NCBI GenBank assembly: GCA_049290235.1 | Contig: JBATNG010000011.1 | Location: 220-64,219 of the forward strand | Direction of reading: 5' to 3' | Length of the DNA stretch: 64,000 nt | DNA from: Candidatus Moraniibacteriota bacterium | GTDB lineage: Bacteria; Patescibacteriota; Minisyncoccia; Moranbacterales; UBA1568 | Shown: positions 55,535 through 64,000 of the stretch, in pieces | How the letters are laid out: every line of letters starts with the position of its first letter | How positions within the stretch are numbered: the first letter of the stretch is position 1 | Made by a program: the position numbers and the translations under genes | The notes under the pieces: generated by a model | What the model was told of the DNA's origin: nothing | Seen by the model: the letters and a program-made list of their open reading frames with translations, nothing else | Databases searched by the model: none

Positions 55535-55804
55535 CTACTTCGTTGCGAGTTTCTTGACGGCAGCGTTCAGGCGGGACTTGCGGCGGGCAGCATTGTTCTT
55601 CTTGATGACGTTTTTCTCCGCGCCTTTGTCGAGGGCCTTCTGAGCTTTCTGGAACCATTCTTTGGCTCCAGCGACATCGGCCTTGGCGATCGCTTCGCGC
55701 GTGCCCTTCACGGCGCTCTTGATGACACCTTTGATGGAGCGGTTGCGGAGGGTGTTCTTGGCGGTGACCCGCATGTACTTCTTGGCTGACTTCTTGATCG
55801 GCAT
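55535..55804 (-). CDS. rpsT: 30S ribosomal protein S20
   Basis: MPIKKSAKKYMRVTAKNTLRNRSIKGVIKSAVK ... AARRKSRLNAAVKKL. Confidence 0.9.
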   Translation of the reverse strand: MPIKKSAKKYMRVTAKNTLRNRSIKGVIKSAVKGTREAIAKADVAGAKEWFQKAQKALDKGAEKNVIKKNNAARRKSRLNAAVKKLATK

Positions 55805-55944
55805 ATCTCTAATTTAAAGATTAAAACTCGAAAATCAAAATCCGAAACGAGTCAAAAATGACTGCAGAACGACAGAACAGAGAGACCTGAGACGTCTCCA
55901 TTTTTAGCACAACAGCGCATTTTTGGCAACCGTGGCAACATGCC

Positions 55945-56241
55945 TTATTTATCTTCAGAAAATTTACCAGCCCCGATTTGTTTGAGGAACGTGAGTGTCA
56001 GTCGCACCGAGGGATTCTTTTCAGTGTGGAGCAAGGCAACTCGTGATCCATACTTTTCAAAGAGGGGGGTGAGAAACTCATCTCCCCAGGAAGGAGAAAA
56101 AACGGTTATTCCGTCAAAGTCTACCTCAACATTTTCGTCCGGTCCTATCTCAGCCAGTGTCGGAAGAAAAGCCGCATACGCCTCCTTGCCAGCAGGACGG
56201 GAAGTAAGAAGTGTACCGAATTTTTTGAGTTCAATGCGCAT
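55945..56241 (-). CDS. DUF4325 (STAS-like) domain protein
   Basis: MRIELKKFGTLLTSRPAGKEAYAAFLPTLAE ... VEVDFDGITVFSPSWGDEFLTPLF matches the DUF4325 pattern. Confidence 0.55.
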   Translation of the reverse strand: MRIELKKFGTLLTSRPAGKEAYAAFLPTLAEIGPDENVEVDFDGITVFSPSWGDEFLTPLFEKYGSRVALLHTEKNPSVRLTLTFLKQIGAGKFSEDK

Positions 56242-56253
56242 ACGTATTATGTT

Positions 56254-56985
56254 TTAAAATGTGAGGCGAGCGAGCGAACCGGTAGTCTCGAATCCAGAGT
56301 TCTCTATCTGCATAGCCTTGCCTTGGCGGAGGGTGACATGGGCATTGCCGGAATAGAAATCGACTGTTAGAGGATACTGTTCGGTGATAGTTCGGACGAG
56401 CTTCAGTCCATTGCCTCTCGCTTCGGGTGCGCGTCCAGAGACCACCTCGGTAAAGGCAGTATGTAGCGCATCACTGTCGTTCGAGAGCGATGGCCGTACG
56501 CGCTTGAGCGTTGTGAGGATTCCTTGGCCACGATCAGCGAGGATCACTTCTCGTTTATTTACATCGTATCCATAGAAGACGCCTGGAATATCGCGCCAAT
56601 TACCGAGATTGTGATCGAAGGAATTGTTGCCGATCTCGCCGGTTGCAGCAATGACGAGTGATACCCAGTCGAGGTTGGGGAAGGTGGCGGTAAAATCTTT
56701 TTCCATCCGGGCAAGCCGGGTCTGGAAGACCAGGCTGTTGGCGGCGTACCATTCGGGACGCGGTTCTTCGGCTGCAGCCGTCACAGCCCATTGTTTGCCC
56801 AGAGTAAAGAGGTCCTCGGTGTAGAGCCGAATCTGTTCAAGTGAGTACAGGCGATGCCCACCAGGGGTTCGAACGGCTCGAAAGGAGCCTTTCTTGTCCC
56901 AACGGCGGAGCGTATCCAAAGACACACCGAGCATCTCGGCCGCTTTTCGGATAGTAATGATGGTATTCTCTTCCTGATTCTGCAT
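56254..56985 (-). CDS. MerR-type HTH fused to GHKL (histidine-kinase-like) ATPase domain
   Basis: HTH ITIRKAAEMLGVSLDTLRRWDKKG; ATPase G-boxes ILADRGQGI and GNGLKLV. Confidence 0.6.
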   Translation of the reverse strand: MQNQEENTIITIRKAAEMLGVSLDTLRRWDKKGSFRAVRTPGGHRLYSLEQIRLYTEDLFTLGKQWAVTAAAEEPRPEWYAANSLVFQTRLARMEKDFTATFPNLDWVSLVIAATGEIGNNSFDHNLGNWRDIPGVFYGYDVNKREVILADRGQGILTTLKRVRPSLSNDSDALHTAFTEVVSGRAPEARGNGLKLVRTITEQYPLTVDFYSGNAHVTLRQGKAMQIENSGFETTGSLARLTF

Positions 56986-57156
56986 AGATAGAGTGTATCA
57001 TACTATGCAAAACTATGCAAGTATAATAAAAACTATGCGATTGTTTGAGCGAAGAATAAAGAGGCAACGGTTTAGTAGTGGGATATCAGGGTTGGTGCCT
57101 AGAAACGTTGAAGAAGAGCCAGTTTCGGAATAAACGTGTAAAATAGGGTTACTTCT

Positions 57157-57729
57157 ATGATTCGAGCCCTCAAAGGAACCCTCGGTTCCATCCATCCCAA
57201 TTACGCGATCATTTTCGTGAATGGCGTCGGCTATCAGGTCTATGCCTCGCCGTATACCCTCGGCAAGCTCGCCGGAATGAGCGATGTCTCGCTCCATATT
57301 CACACCCATGTTCGCGAGGATCAGCTCAACCTGTTCGGCTTCATCTCTGATGACGAGCTGTCGATGTTTGAGCTCCTCATTTCGGTCTCGGGCGTCGGAC
57401 CGAAAGCGGCGCTCAGTATCCTCGCCATCGCCGAGCCGAAGACGATCCGGACCGCGATCGTGAACAAAGACCCCAGCATCCTGACGCGGGTGTCGGGTGT
57501 CGGCAAGAAGACTGCCGAGAAAGTCATCGTCGAACTCCAGAACAAGGTTTCATCCGTTGATATTGCGGACCAGGCGAGCGCTTTGGCAGAGCAGGACTCC
57601 ATCGAGGCGCTGACATCGCTTGGCTACACGGTCTCCGAAGCGCGGGATGCCCTGAAGGGGGTGCCTGCGGACACGACGAGCGTCGGGGAACGGCTGAAAC
57701 TCGCGCTGAAGAGTCTCGGCAAGAAATAA
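57157..57729 (+). CDS. ruvA: Holliday junction DNA helicase RuvA
   Basis: MIRALKGTL, OB domain, two HhH motifs (VSGVGPKAA, VSGVGKKTAEKV), C-terminal domain III. Confidence 0.9.
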   Translation: MIRALKGTLGSIHPNYAIIFVNGVGYQVYASPYTLGKLAGMSDVSLHIHTHVREDQLNLFGFISDDELSMFELLISVSGVGPKAALSILAIAEPKTIRTAIVNKDPSILTRVSGVGKKTAEKVIVELQNKVSSVDIADQASALAEQDSIEALTSLGYTVSEARDALKGVPADTTSVGERLKLALKSLGKK

Positions 57730-57744
57730 GCTGCATATACACCT

Positions 57745-58758
57745 GTGGCATCCCGATCATTTCTCACAGCGAATGCGCGCGATGGTGGTCTCTTCCAGTC
57801 GGATGAGTGGGCCAGGCTTCAGGCTGCGTCGGGTCACGATGTGCATCCGTTTTCCGGGGTCGGGTTCGAGGGGCATGCGTTTGTCCACGCATTGCCGATG
57901 ATCGGACGATACCTCTTCTTGTCGCGAGGACCAGTCGTCGAGGAATCAGGAATCAGGAATTCTGAATCAGGGATGCGAGAAGTGTTCATGCAAATGGCCG
58001 GGCAATGTCGGGCGTGCTGGATTCGGGTGGAGCCGCAGGCCGAGGAAGTTCTCCAAATACTTCGGACGACGTTTGGCGCGGATCGGATAGTCGCCACCCC
58101 GCGCGATTTGAATCCACGTGAGACGCTCATGGTGTCGCTCGACGGTGGTCCGAGTGACTGGCTGGAGCGGATGAAGTCGAAGACACGCTACAATGTCCGT
58201 CTGGCCGAAAAGCACGGTGTCAGTATCCGTTTCTCTCGATCGGAGGAAGATATTGAACGATTCGTCGAACTCATTTATGCGACGACCAATCGCAAAGCGA
58301 TCGCCCCACATCCGAAGGAATACTACCGAAACTTTTTTACCACATTGCCGGACGAGATGTGCACGATTGCCATTGCCGAACATGAAGGCCAAACAATCGC
58401 CGTGAGTCTACTCGCTTTTCTTGATGGCACAGCCTATTACTTGCATGGCGGATCAGCCGACACCAAACGGGATCTGATGGCGCCATTCCTTCTCCACTTC
58501 AAAGCGATGGAAGAAGCCAAACGGCGTGGGTGTACGCGGTATGATTTCGGTGGCGTACGAGTGCGTTCCAAACGCGGAATCGACGATACCAATTGGGATG
58601 GGATCACACGGTTCAAGCAGGGTTTTGCACCAAAGACCGAGACACTCCTGTTTCCCGGGACGTATGATATTATCCTCTCACCCTCACGTTATGCGCTCTA
58701 TCGGCGCCTGCAACGACTGGCGGGTCTGCGGAGATACGCGCGGCGACTCTTCAAGTAG
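57745..58758 (+). CDS. FemAB-family aminoacyl-tRNA-dependent peptidyltransferase (peptidoglycan interpeptide bridge formation)
   Basis: NRKAIAPHPKEYYRNFF and YYLHGGSADTKRDLMAPFLLHFKAMEEAKRRGCTRYDFGG match the FemX/MurM family. Confidence 0.7.
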   Translation: MASRSFLTANARDGGLFQSDEWARLQAASGHDVHPFSGVGFEGHAFVHALPMIGRYLFLSRGPVVEESGIRNSESGMREVFMQMAGQCRACWIRVEPQAEEVLQILRTTFGADRIVATPRDLNPRETLMVSLDGGPSDWLERMKSKTRYNVRLAEKHGVSIRFSRSEEDIERFVELIYATTNRKAIAPHPKEYYRNFFTTLPDEMCTIAIAEHEGQTIAVSLLAFLDGTAYYLHGGSADTKRDLMAPFLLHFKAMEEAKRRGCTRYDFGGVRVRSKRGIDDTNWDGITRFKQGFAPKTETLLFPGTYDIILSPSRYALYRRLQRLAGLRRYARRLFK

Positions 58759-58782
58759 TAACAGTCATCCTCTCCAAATACC

Positions 58783-59946
58783 ATGAGTACTTTTCTCAAA
58801 AAAATTCAACTCGCTGGAAAACGACAGATTTATCGAGTCTTTGTTTCCCATACCATTCGTGGTATCGCGCTCTCCTGTGTCAGCATCTACGTTCCGATCT
58901 ACTTTTTCACCAGGGGACATTCGCTTTCAGAAGTCATCGGCTATTACGCCGTGCTGCATCTCTCAGGTCTTTTTGTCGCACTTACGGTCATTCCACGATT
59001 GATCGAACGACACGGACTGATACGGGTGTTCAAGCTCAACTACCTTTTCGAGATTACGTATTTCGCTCTCCTTTTTCTCCTCCCTTATTTTTCGATTTCC
59101 ATATACAGTATTGCTTTTATCGGTGGCATGGCGACGTTCTTGTATTGGGTGCCGCTGAATATCCTCCTCATCAAGAATGCTGACTTTGATAAGATGGGGA
59201 CGGATCTCGCAAATTTTTTCGCGCTACCGAAGCTCTTCTCAATCGTTGGCCCCCTGATCGGCGCTGCCCTCGTCTACTTTGTTGGTTTTTGGCCGACATT
59301 CCTCATCGCGATGTTTGGACTGGTGCTTTCATATTTACCACTGGTCGGTATCAGCGCGAGTGAGATTTCAGTGTCATTTAATTTCCGTCAGGCGTGGCGG
59401 AAAATAAAAGCGCGGAAACTCCTCTTTTTGCTCGAGGGATTCGACAACATCATCGAGGAATCAGAATGGTTTTGGGGCATCTATGTCTTCCTCATCGTCG
59501 GATCACTGGCTGTCCCTGGTATTATCGGTAGTCTGGAGACGATTGGAGCGGTACTCTTTACCCTCTTCATCGGTAAACGAGTGAATTACTCAGACCGAAA
59601 AATAGTTCTTTGGTCGGCGCTTGGACTCATGCTGATATCGGCGGCGCGGATATTTGTGGAGAGTCAGACAGCAGCCTATGCCGTGAGTATCGTTGCTTCA
59701 TTTGCTATGACCGCTTTTCTGATCTCATACTTCAGCGTTATTTACCGGGCAGTCAAAGGGGACGACGAAGAAGAATTCATTATTCTCCGTGAGATCCCGA
59801 CAGTCATCGGTAGGATGATAGTATTCGGAGGTATTGTTCTTACGTCCGTCCACCAAGAGTATTATTTCCTTTTGCCGCTCTTGGCTACGCTCGTGCTCGT
59901 GATTCTCTTCCTGACGAAAATGCGGACATCGGATCTCACAAAGTAG
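58783..59946 (+). CDS. MFS-type transporter
   Basis: 12 TM helices in 6+6 arrangement. Confidence 0.6.
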   Translation: MSTFLKKIQLAGKRQIYRVFVSHTIRGIALSCVSIYVPIYFFTRGHSLSEVIGYYAVLHLSGLFVALTVIPRLIERHGLIRVFKLNYLFEITYFALLFLLPYFSISIYSIAFIGGMATFLYWVPLNILLIKNADFDKMGTDLANFFALPKLFSIVGPLIGAALVYFVGFWPTFLIAMFGLVLSYLPLVGISASEISVSFNFRQAWRKIKARKLLFLLEGFDNIIEESEWFWGIYVFLIVGSLAVPGIIGSLETIGAVLFTLFIGKRVNYSDRKIVLWSALGLMLISAARIFVESQTAAYAVSIVASFAMTAFLISYFSVIYRAVKGDDEEEFIILREIPTVIGRMIVFGGIVLTSVHQEYYFLLPLLATLVLVILFLTKMRTSDLTK

Positions 59947-59955
59947 AAAGAACCT

Positions 59956-61269
59956 ATGGCATCTCTGAAGCGTTTAATATCGAGATTCATTCCTCAGATC
60001 GTGAAGAATATATTTTATCATTTTCCTCTCGCTATTTTTGCAAATCTTGCACTTGGTTTTCCATCACGCGGCATGACCGTGATCGGTGTGACCGGGACGA
60101 ATGGCAAGACCACGACGACCAAGCTCATCGCCGCCATCCTCGCCGAGAGTGGGAAGAAAACCGCGTATGCCTCGACAATCGAGTACGGCATCGGCGAGCG
60201 GCACTGGACGAACGCCTCGAAGTTCACGACTTCATCAGCGTGGCAGCTTCAGAAACTTTTGTCAGAAGCCAAGCGGGCCGGCTGCACCCACGTCGTCCTC
60301 GAGACCTCGTCGCATGCTATCGATCAGTTTCGGACCTGGGGGATTGCTTACACCATCGCGGTCATCACCAATGTGACGCGGGAGCATCTCGACTATCACA
60401 AAACGATGGCCGAATATCGGCGTGTGAAACGGAAGCTCTTTGCTAACGTCCAGATCGCCATCGTGAATATCGACATGGAGCAGCCAGAGGACTACTGTAT
60501 CGCCGCGCCCGGGAAAACACTCACGTATAGCACGAAAGACGTGGCGGCGGATGTTGTCGCGACCGAGATCGAGCTTGACCTCACGGGGACGCGTTTCCTC
60601 GTGCTTGGGAAATCATTTCGGATACATCTGCCGGGACTCTTCAATGTGGAAAACGCCCTCGCGGCCATCACTACGGGTCAGGCCCTCGGTATCGATCCGG
60701 AAACGATGAAGCGCGCCCTCGCCACTGTCACAGGTATCCCGGGGCGGATGGAATCGGTGCCGAATGATCGCGGGCTCGACATCCTCATCGACTACGCGGT
60801 GACGCCGGATTCGTTCGAGCAATTGTATCGGGCGGTTGGTCCGATGCAGATCCCGGGGACGAAAATCATCCATGTCTTCGGCGCGTGCGGGGAGCGTGAC
60901 CGGGGCAAGCGTCCGGTGATGGGACAGATCGCATCGGAACACGCGGATGTCATTATCCTGACCAATGAGGATCCATACCACGAAGATCCCGAGCGTATCC
61001 TCGACGAGATCGAGGCGGGCCTGCCCGAATCGCTACGCGAAACGTTGCAGGCGGGCGTGACGAAGAAAATGGGTGAGACTTATTTCCGTGTCTTCGACCG
61101 GCGTGAGGCAATCGCCAAAGCCATCGTGCTGGCCGAAACCGGCGACATCATCCTCATCACCGGCAAAGGCGCCGAGGAGACGATGGCGATCGGTGATGCA
61201 CGCATCCCGTGGCAGGAACGGGCGGTCGTCGAAGCAATTTTGAAGGCAACAGCAAACGGCGGAGACTGA
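59956..61269 (+). CDS. murE: UDP-N-acetylmuramoyl-tripeptide ligase (MurE-type Mur ligase)
   Basis: P-loop GVTGTNGKTTTTKLIA, Mur ligase middle and C-terminal domains; adjacency to FemAB. Confidence 0.75.
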   Translation: MASLKRLISRFIPQIVKNIFYHFPLAIFANLALGFPSRGMTVIGVTGTNGKTTTTKLIAAILAESGKKTAYASTIEYGIGERHWTNASKFTTSSAWQLQKLLSEAKRAGCTHVVLETSSHAIDQFRTWGIAYTIAVITNVTREHLDYHKTMAEYRRVKRKLFANVQIAIVNIDMEQPEDYCIAAPGKTLTYSTKDVAADVVATEIELDLTGTRFLVLGKSFRIHLPGLFNVENALAAITTGQALGIDPETMKRALATVTGIPGRMESVPNDRGLDILIDYAVTPDSFEQLYRAVGPMQIPGTKIIHVFGACGERDRGKRPVMGQIASEHADVIILTNEDPYHEDPERILDEIEAGLPESLRETLQAGVTKKMGETYFRVFDRREAIAKAIVLAETGDIILITGKGAEETMAIGDARIPWQERAVVEAILKATANGGD

Positions 61270-61299
61270 TCCGTCATTTCTGTTTCTTGAATAAAAAAA

Positions 61300-61345
61300 G
61301 GCCCGCAGCGCCAAGAATAGGTTCTCCTTGGTCACTGCGGGTAAT
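61300..61345. terminator. bidirectional terminator between murE and convergent gene
   Basis: A-run then hairpin cccgcag ... ctgcggg. Confidence 0.45.
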
Positions 61346-61368
61346 GTCGGGGCGGGGGTGGTGGAGTG

Positions 61369-61722
61369 TTAGGCAGTTTCGAGCCCGATCAGTCGGGCCG
61401 GAAACGCCTGCAGATCTGCCCGCCGAATGAGCCGATTCGACGGCAGACGATCCGTCCAACCGACGATTTCAGGGCGCTTGGCTGAGTCATCAGGCACCAC
61501 GCGGAAGAAGAAGAGGCCGTCTCGGATGTTCTCGACGACGAAAGTCTGCGTGTGGCGTCCGCGCACTACTATATCGTACATCGCGTATAACCGGACGTTG
61601 TCAGCGGTGTACACGTCTGGCAACTCGTAATTATCGGGTCCCGGAGTCCGGAACCACCAACAAACACCGAACATGGCCAGTACTACCGCGAGCATTATCA
61701 GTATCGGTCCTTGGAATAGCAT
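61369..61722 (-). CDS. membrane-anchored hypothetical protein
   Basis: N-terminal TM helix (start trimmed to MLFQGPILIM). Confidence 0.4.
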   Translation of the reverse strand: MLFQGPILIMLAVVLAMFGVCWWFRTPGPDNYELPDVYTADNVRLYAMYDIVVRGRHTQTFVVENIRDGLFFFRVVPDDSAKRPEIVGWTDRLPSNRLIRRADLQAFPARLIGLETA

Positions 61723-61808
61723 TGTGCACCTCCGAAAAAAATTTTGAAAAAACCACGAACACGTTGACAAGGTACGCTATTTTTATGGAATTGTCAAGGC
61801 GAGCCGGA

Positions 61809-62252
61809 CTAGCCCAGGATGCGGATGAGAATGGTGGAGAGGAAGAAACCGATAAAGCCGCCAACAAGAACTTCGCTCGTCCGGTGCCCGACGCGTTCCT
61901 TCAGGCGGGGGAAGTCCCCGATGGGGAGCTTCAGTGTCTGGACGAGGGTGTTCAGATAACGGCCCTGGTCACCGAGATACATGCGCAGTCGCACCGCATC
62001 ATCGATGATGAGGAAGGCGACCGCGACCGCGACCGCGAAGGTACCTGAGCCGATCCCTTCGTAGTAGCCGATCGAGGTGAGGAGTGAGATGGCGAAAGCG
62101 GTGTGGGCACTCGGCATGTGGCCGTGGGTGGCGAGGTATTCGAGCTTCCAGCCATGCTTCAGTCCGAACATGACGAACTTGATGCACTGCGTGATGATAC
62201 TCACGACGATCGGGATGATGAAGATAGCGTGAGCCTGGAGAAAATCGTGCAT
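61809..62252 (-). CDS. divergent PAP2-family membrane protein (DUF212/YuiD-like)
   Basis: HGHMPSAHTAFAISL and SGHSS-like motifs of the DUF212 phosphatase-like family; start trimmed to MHDFLQ. Confidence 0.6.
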   Translation of the reverse strand: MHDFLQAHAIFIIPIVVSIITQCIKFVMFGLKHGWKLEYLATHGHMPSAHTAFAISLLTSIGYYEGIGSGTFAVAVAVAFLIIDDAVRLRMYLGDQGRYLNTLVQTLKLPIGDFPRLKERVGHRTSEVLVGGFIGFFLSTILIRILG

Positions 62253-62399
62253 AGGACAACATCCATAGTATATCACCACACTCATGCCTGAATGCGATCG
62301 GGTATCATTGCATGGGTCTTTGGACCGGGAAGCGACCCCTTTTTCATGCGGGCTCTTTCTGCTATAATCAAGCCACTGAAATCCCTAACCCTATCACAT

Positions 62400-62954
62400 A
62401 TGCTGAGTCTTCCACTCATCCTCATCGGTGTCGCCGTGCTGGCCCTCCTCTATGGTGTCGTACTCTACAATGGGTTCGTCCGGCTCGCGACGCGGGTCGA
62501 TGAAGCCTGGAGCGATATCGATGTCCAACTGAAACGCCGGTACGATCTAATCCCGAATCTCGTGAATACGGTGAAGGGCTATGCGTCGCATGAGAGCGGA
62601 CTCTTTCAGAAGGTGACTGAGGCGCGGGCACAGGCGATGCAGGCCGGCTCGGTCGGGGACCATGCGCAGGCGGAAAATATGCTCGCGGGCACGTTGAAGA
62701 GTCTCTTTGCAGTCGCCGAAGCCTATCCGGACCTGAAGGCGAACACGAATTTCCTCGAACTGCAGCGCGAACTGTCGGATACGGAAAACAAGATCCAGGC
62801 CTCGCGCCGTTTCTACAACGGCAATGTCATGGAGCTCAATGCCAAAGTCGATATGTTTCCATCGAATATCATCGCCAACATGTTCAAGTTTGTGAAACGT
62901 GAATTCTTTGAGATTGAAGAGAGCCAGAAGGAACCAGTGAAGGTGGAGTTCTAG
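62400..62954 (+). CDS. lemA: LemA-family protein
   Basis: N-terminal TM then NGFVRLATRVDEAWSDIDVQLKRRYDLIPNLV, the canonical LemA motif; start trimmed to MLSLPLILIG. Confidence 0.8.
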   Translation: MLSLPLILIGVAVLALLYGVVLYNGFVRLATRVDEAWSDIDVQLKRRYDLIPNLVNTVKGYASHESGLFQKVTEARAQAMQAGSVGDHAQAENMLAGTLKSLFAVAEAYPDLKANTNFLELQRELSDTENKIQASRRFYNGNVMELNAKVDMFPSNIIANMFKFVKREFFEIEESQKEPVKVEF

Positions 62955-62958
62955 CCGT

Positions 62959-64000
62959 ATGACCCGGAGTTTTGGCAGGCAGGCCGTCGCGCTTGCCTGT
63001 TTTCTTTTCGTGGCGGCCATTCCGACGATAGTCTGGGCGCAGGGGATGCCGGATGCGACAGAGCACATCGAGCGCTTTGAGAGCAATATCGTCATCGCAT
63101 CGGATGGTACAATCGCAGTCACTGAGACGATACGCTATGCGTTCGGTCTAGCGGAGAAACACGGCATCTATCGTGACATCCCAGTCAAATACGCGACCTC
63201 CCTCGGCACGCGGACCGCGCTGGATATCACGGTGGAGAGTGTCGCGGATGAGACAGGTAAGACGCTGACCTACGAAGAGAGTCACTCTGGTGGCAACCTA
63301 CGCATTCAGATCGGGGATGCCGATCGGCTCATCACCGGGACACATACCTATGTCATCCGCTACCGGGTCGCCGGTGCGCTCGCGTTCTATCAGGATTTCG
63401 ATGAATTGTACTGGAATGCGACGGGGCATGATTGGGAGGTGGCGATCGCGACGGCTTTGGTGACCGTGCGGACCGAGACTCGAGCGTCCGGGTGGCGCAC
63501 GGCGTGCTATGTCGGGCCGCGTGGCAGTACGGAACACTGCGACCAGGCAGCATCCCGGAGCGAGGCGATGAATCTCTACCGGGTTGAGTGGAACGAGGCG
63601 TTGTCGCCAGGATCCGGCATCACGATCGCCATCGGTTTCGACAAAGGTTATGCCGCCGAACCAACATGGTGGGAGCGAATCGCGGCATTTTTCAAAAACA
63701 ACCCACTAATCTTGCTCCCATTCGTTGTCTTTGGCTATATGTTCCGCCGTTGGTATCGCGAAGGGCGAGATCCAGAGGGTCGCGGGACGATAATCCCCGA
63801 GTACGATGTGCCTGAACACCTCTCGCCGCTTCATATCGCTGCCCTCTTGGACGGTCGCCTCACCGGGAAAGAAATCCCGGCGGCCATCATCAATCTCGCG
63901 GTGAAGGGCTACCTCCGGATCGAACGAGTGACCGAGAAAGGACTCATCCTCGACACGACAGACTATCAACTCATCGAATTGGCCGAGCGTCCGATCGGGG
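62959..64000 (+). CDS. DUF2207-family membrane protein (LemA partner), 3'-truncated by window end; not in ORF track
   Basis: ATG at 62959 in frame to window end; signal peptide, YRDIPVKY ... THTYVIRYRVAGA DUF2207-like region; classic LemA-DUF2207 pairing. Confidence 0.6.
   Translation, partial: MTRSFGRQAVALACFLFVAAIPTIVWAQGMPDATEHIERFESNIVIASDGTIAVTETIRYAFGLAEKHGIYRDIPVKYATSLGTRTALDITVESVADETGKTLTYEESHSGGNLRIQIGDADRLITGTHTYVIRYRVAGALAFYQDFDELYWNATGHDWEVAIATALVTVRTETRASGWRTACYVGPRGSTEHCDQAASRSEAMNLYRVEWNEALSPGSGITIAIGFDKGYAAEPTWWERIAAFFKNNPLILLPFVVFGYMFRRWYREGRDPEGRGTIIPEYDVPEHLSPLHIAALLDGRLTGKEIPAAIINLAVKGYLRIERVTEKGLILDTTDYQLIELAERPIG

Noticed and set aside
1-64000. CRISPR arrays and rRNA genes
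   Set aside because: No regularly spaced short direct repeats and no rRNA-like conserved stretches were seen anywhere in the window.

Overview
The window is about 55% GC, gene-dense, and reads like a small-genome bacterium. The gene content (T4SS-pilin-like protein, FemAB, a single class-A PBP, class I RNR, a dispersed ruvABC) fits a Patescibacteria/CPR-like organism, but that is an inference.

Conserved core features:
- A minus-strand tRNA array (Gly-GCC, Met-CAT, Phe-GAA, Val-TAC, Leu-GAG), then rplS, an RluA-family pseudouridine synthase, a peroxiredoxin and an Fe/Mn superoxide dismutase.
- A class I ribonucleotide reductase operon (nrdA-nrdB).
- A surface-polysaccharide cluster: two O-antigen-ligase-like membrane proteins, two GT2 glycosyltransferases and a Wzx flippase.
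- The chromosomal origin region: rpmH-rnpA-yidC-jag divergent from dnaA-dnaN-dciA, with DnaA boxes.
- PBP1A, ruvC, a TrmB-like regulator, yebC, ruvB, an orphan pilB-type ATPase, a DHH phosphoesterase, tsaE, polA, mutM, a putative holA, rpsT, ruvA, FemAB, an MFS transporter, murE and a LemA/DUF2207 pair.

Accessory and unusual content:
1. AT-rich insertions next to tRNA-Gly, bounded by three direct repeats of the tRNA-Gly 3' end plus terminator hairpin. This looks like an att-like graveyard of a tRNA-targeting element.
2. A tRNA gene apparently split into halves around an intact tRNA-Val.
3. A large cysteine-rich secreted protein that fuses a T4SS-pilin-like double transmembrane core to an M15 peptidase-like domain.
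4. An ATP-grasp amidoligase cluster: CphA-like ligase, ChbG deacetylase, two RimK-like ligases (one fused to a retropepsin-like protease) and a 7TM partner.
5. A roughly 60-nt duplicated leader in front of two small unrelated ORFs.
6. An AT-rich island between tsaE and polA with an AAA_16-type NTPase-wHTH protein, a DUF2188 protein and an XRE-Panacea antitoxin / RelE-ParE toxin pair.
7. A MerR-HTH::GHKL-ATPase gene followed by a DUF4325 (STAS-like) gene.

No rRNA genes and no CRISPR array were seen. Several long antisense ORFs in the supplied track are GC-driven artefacts.
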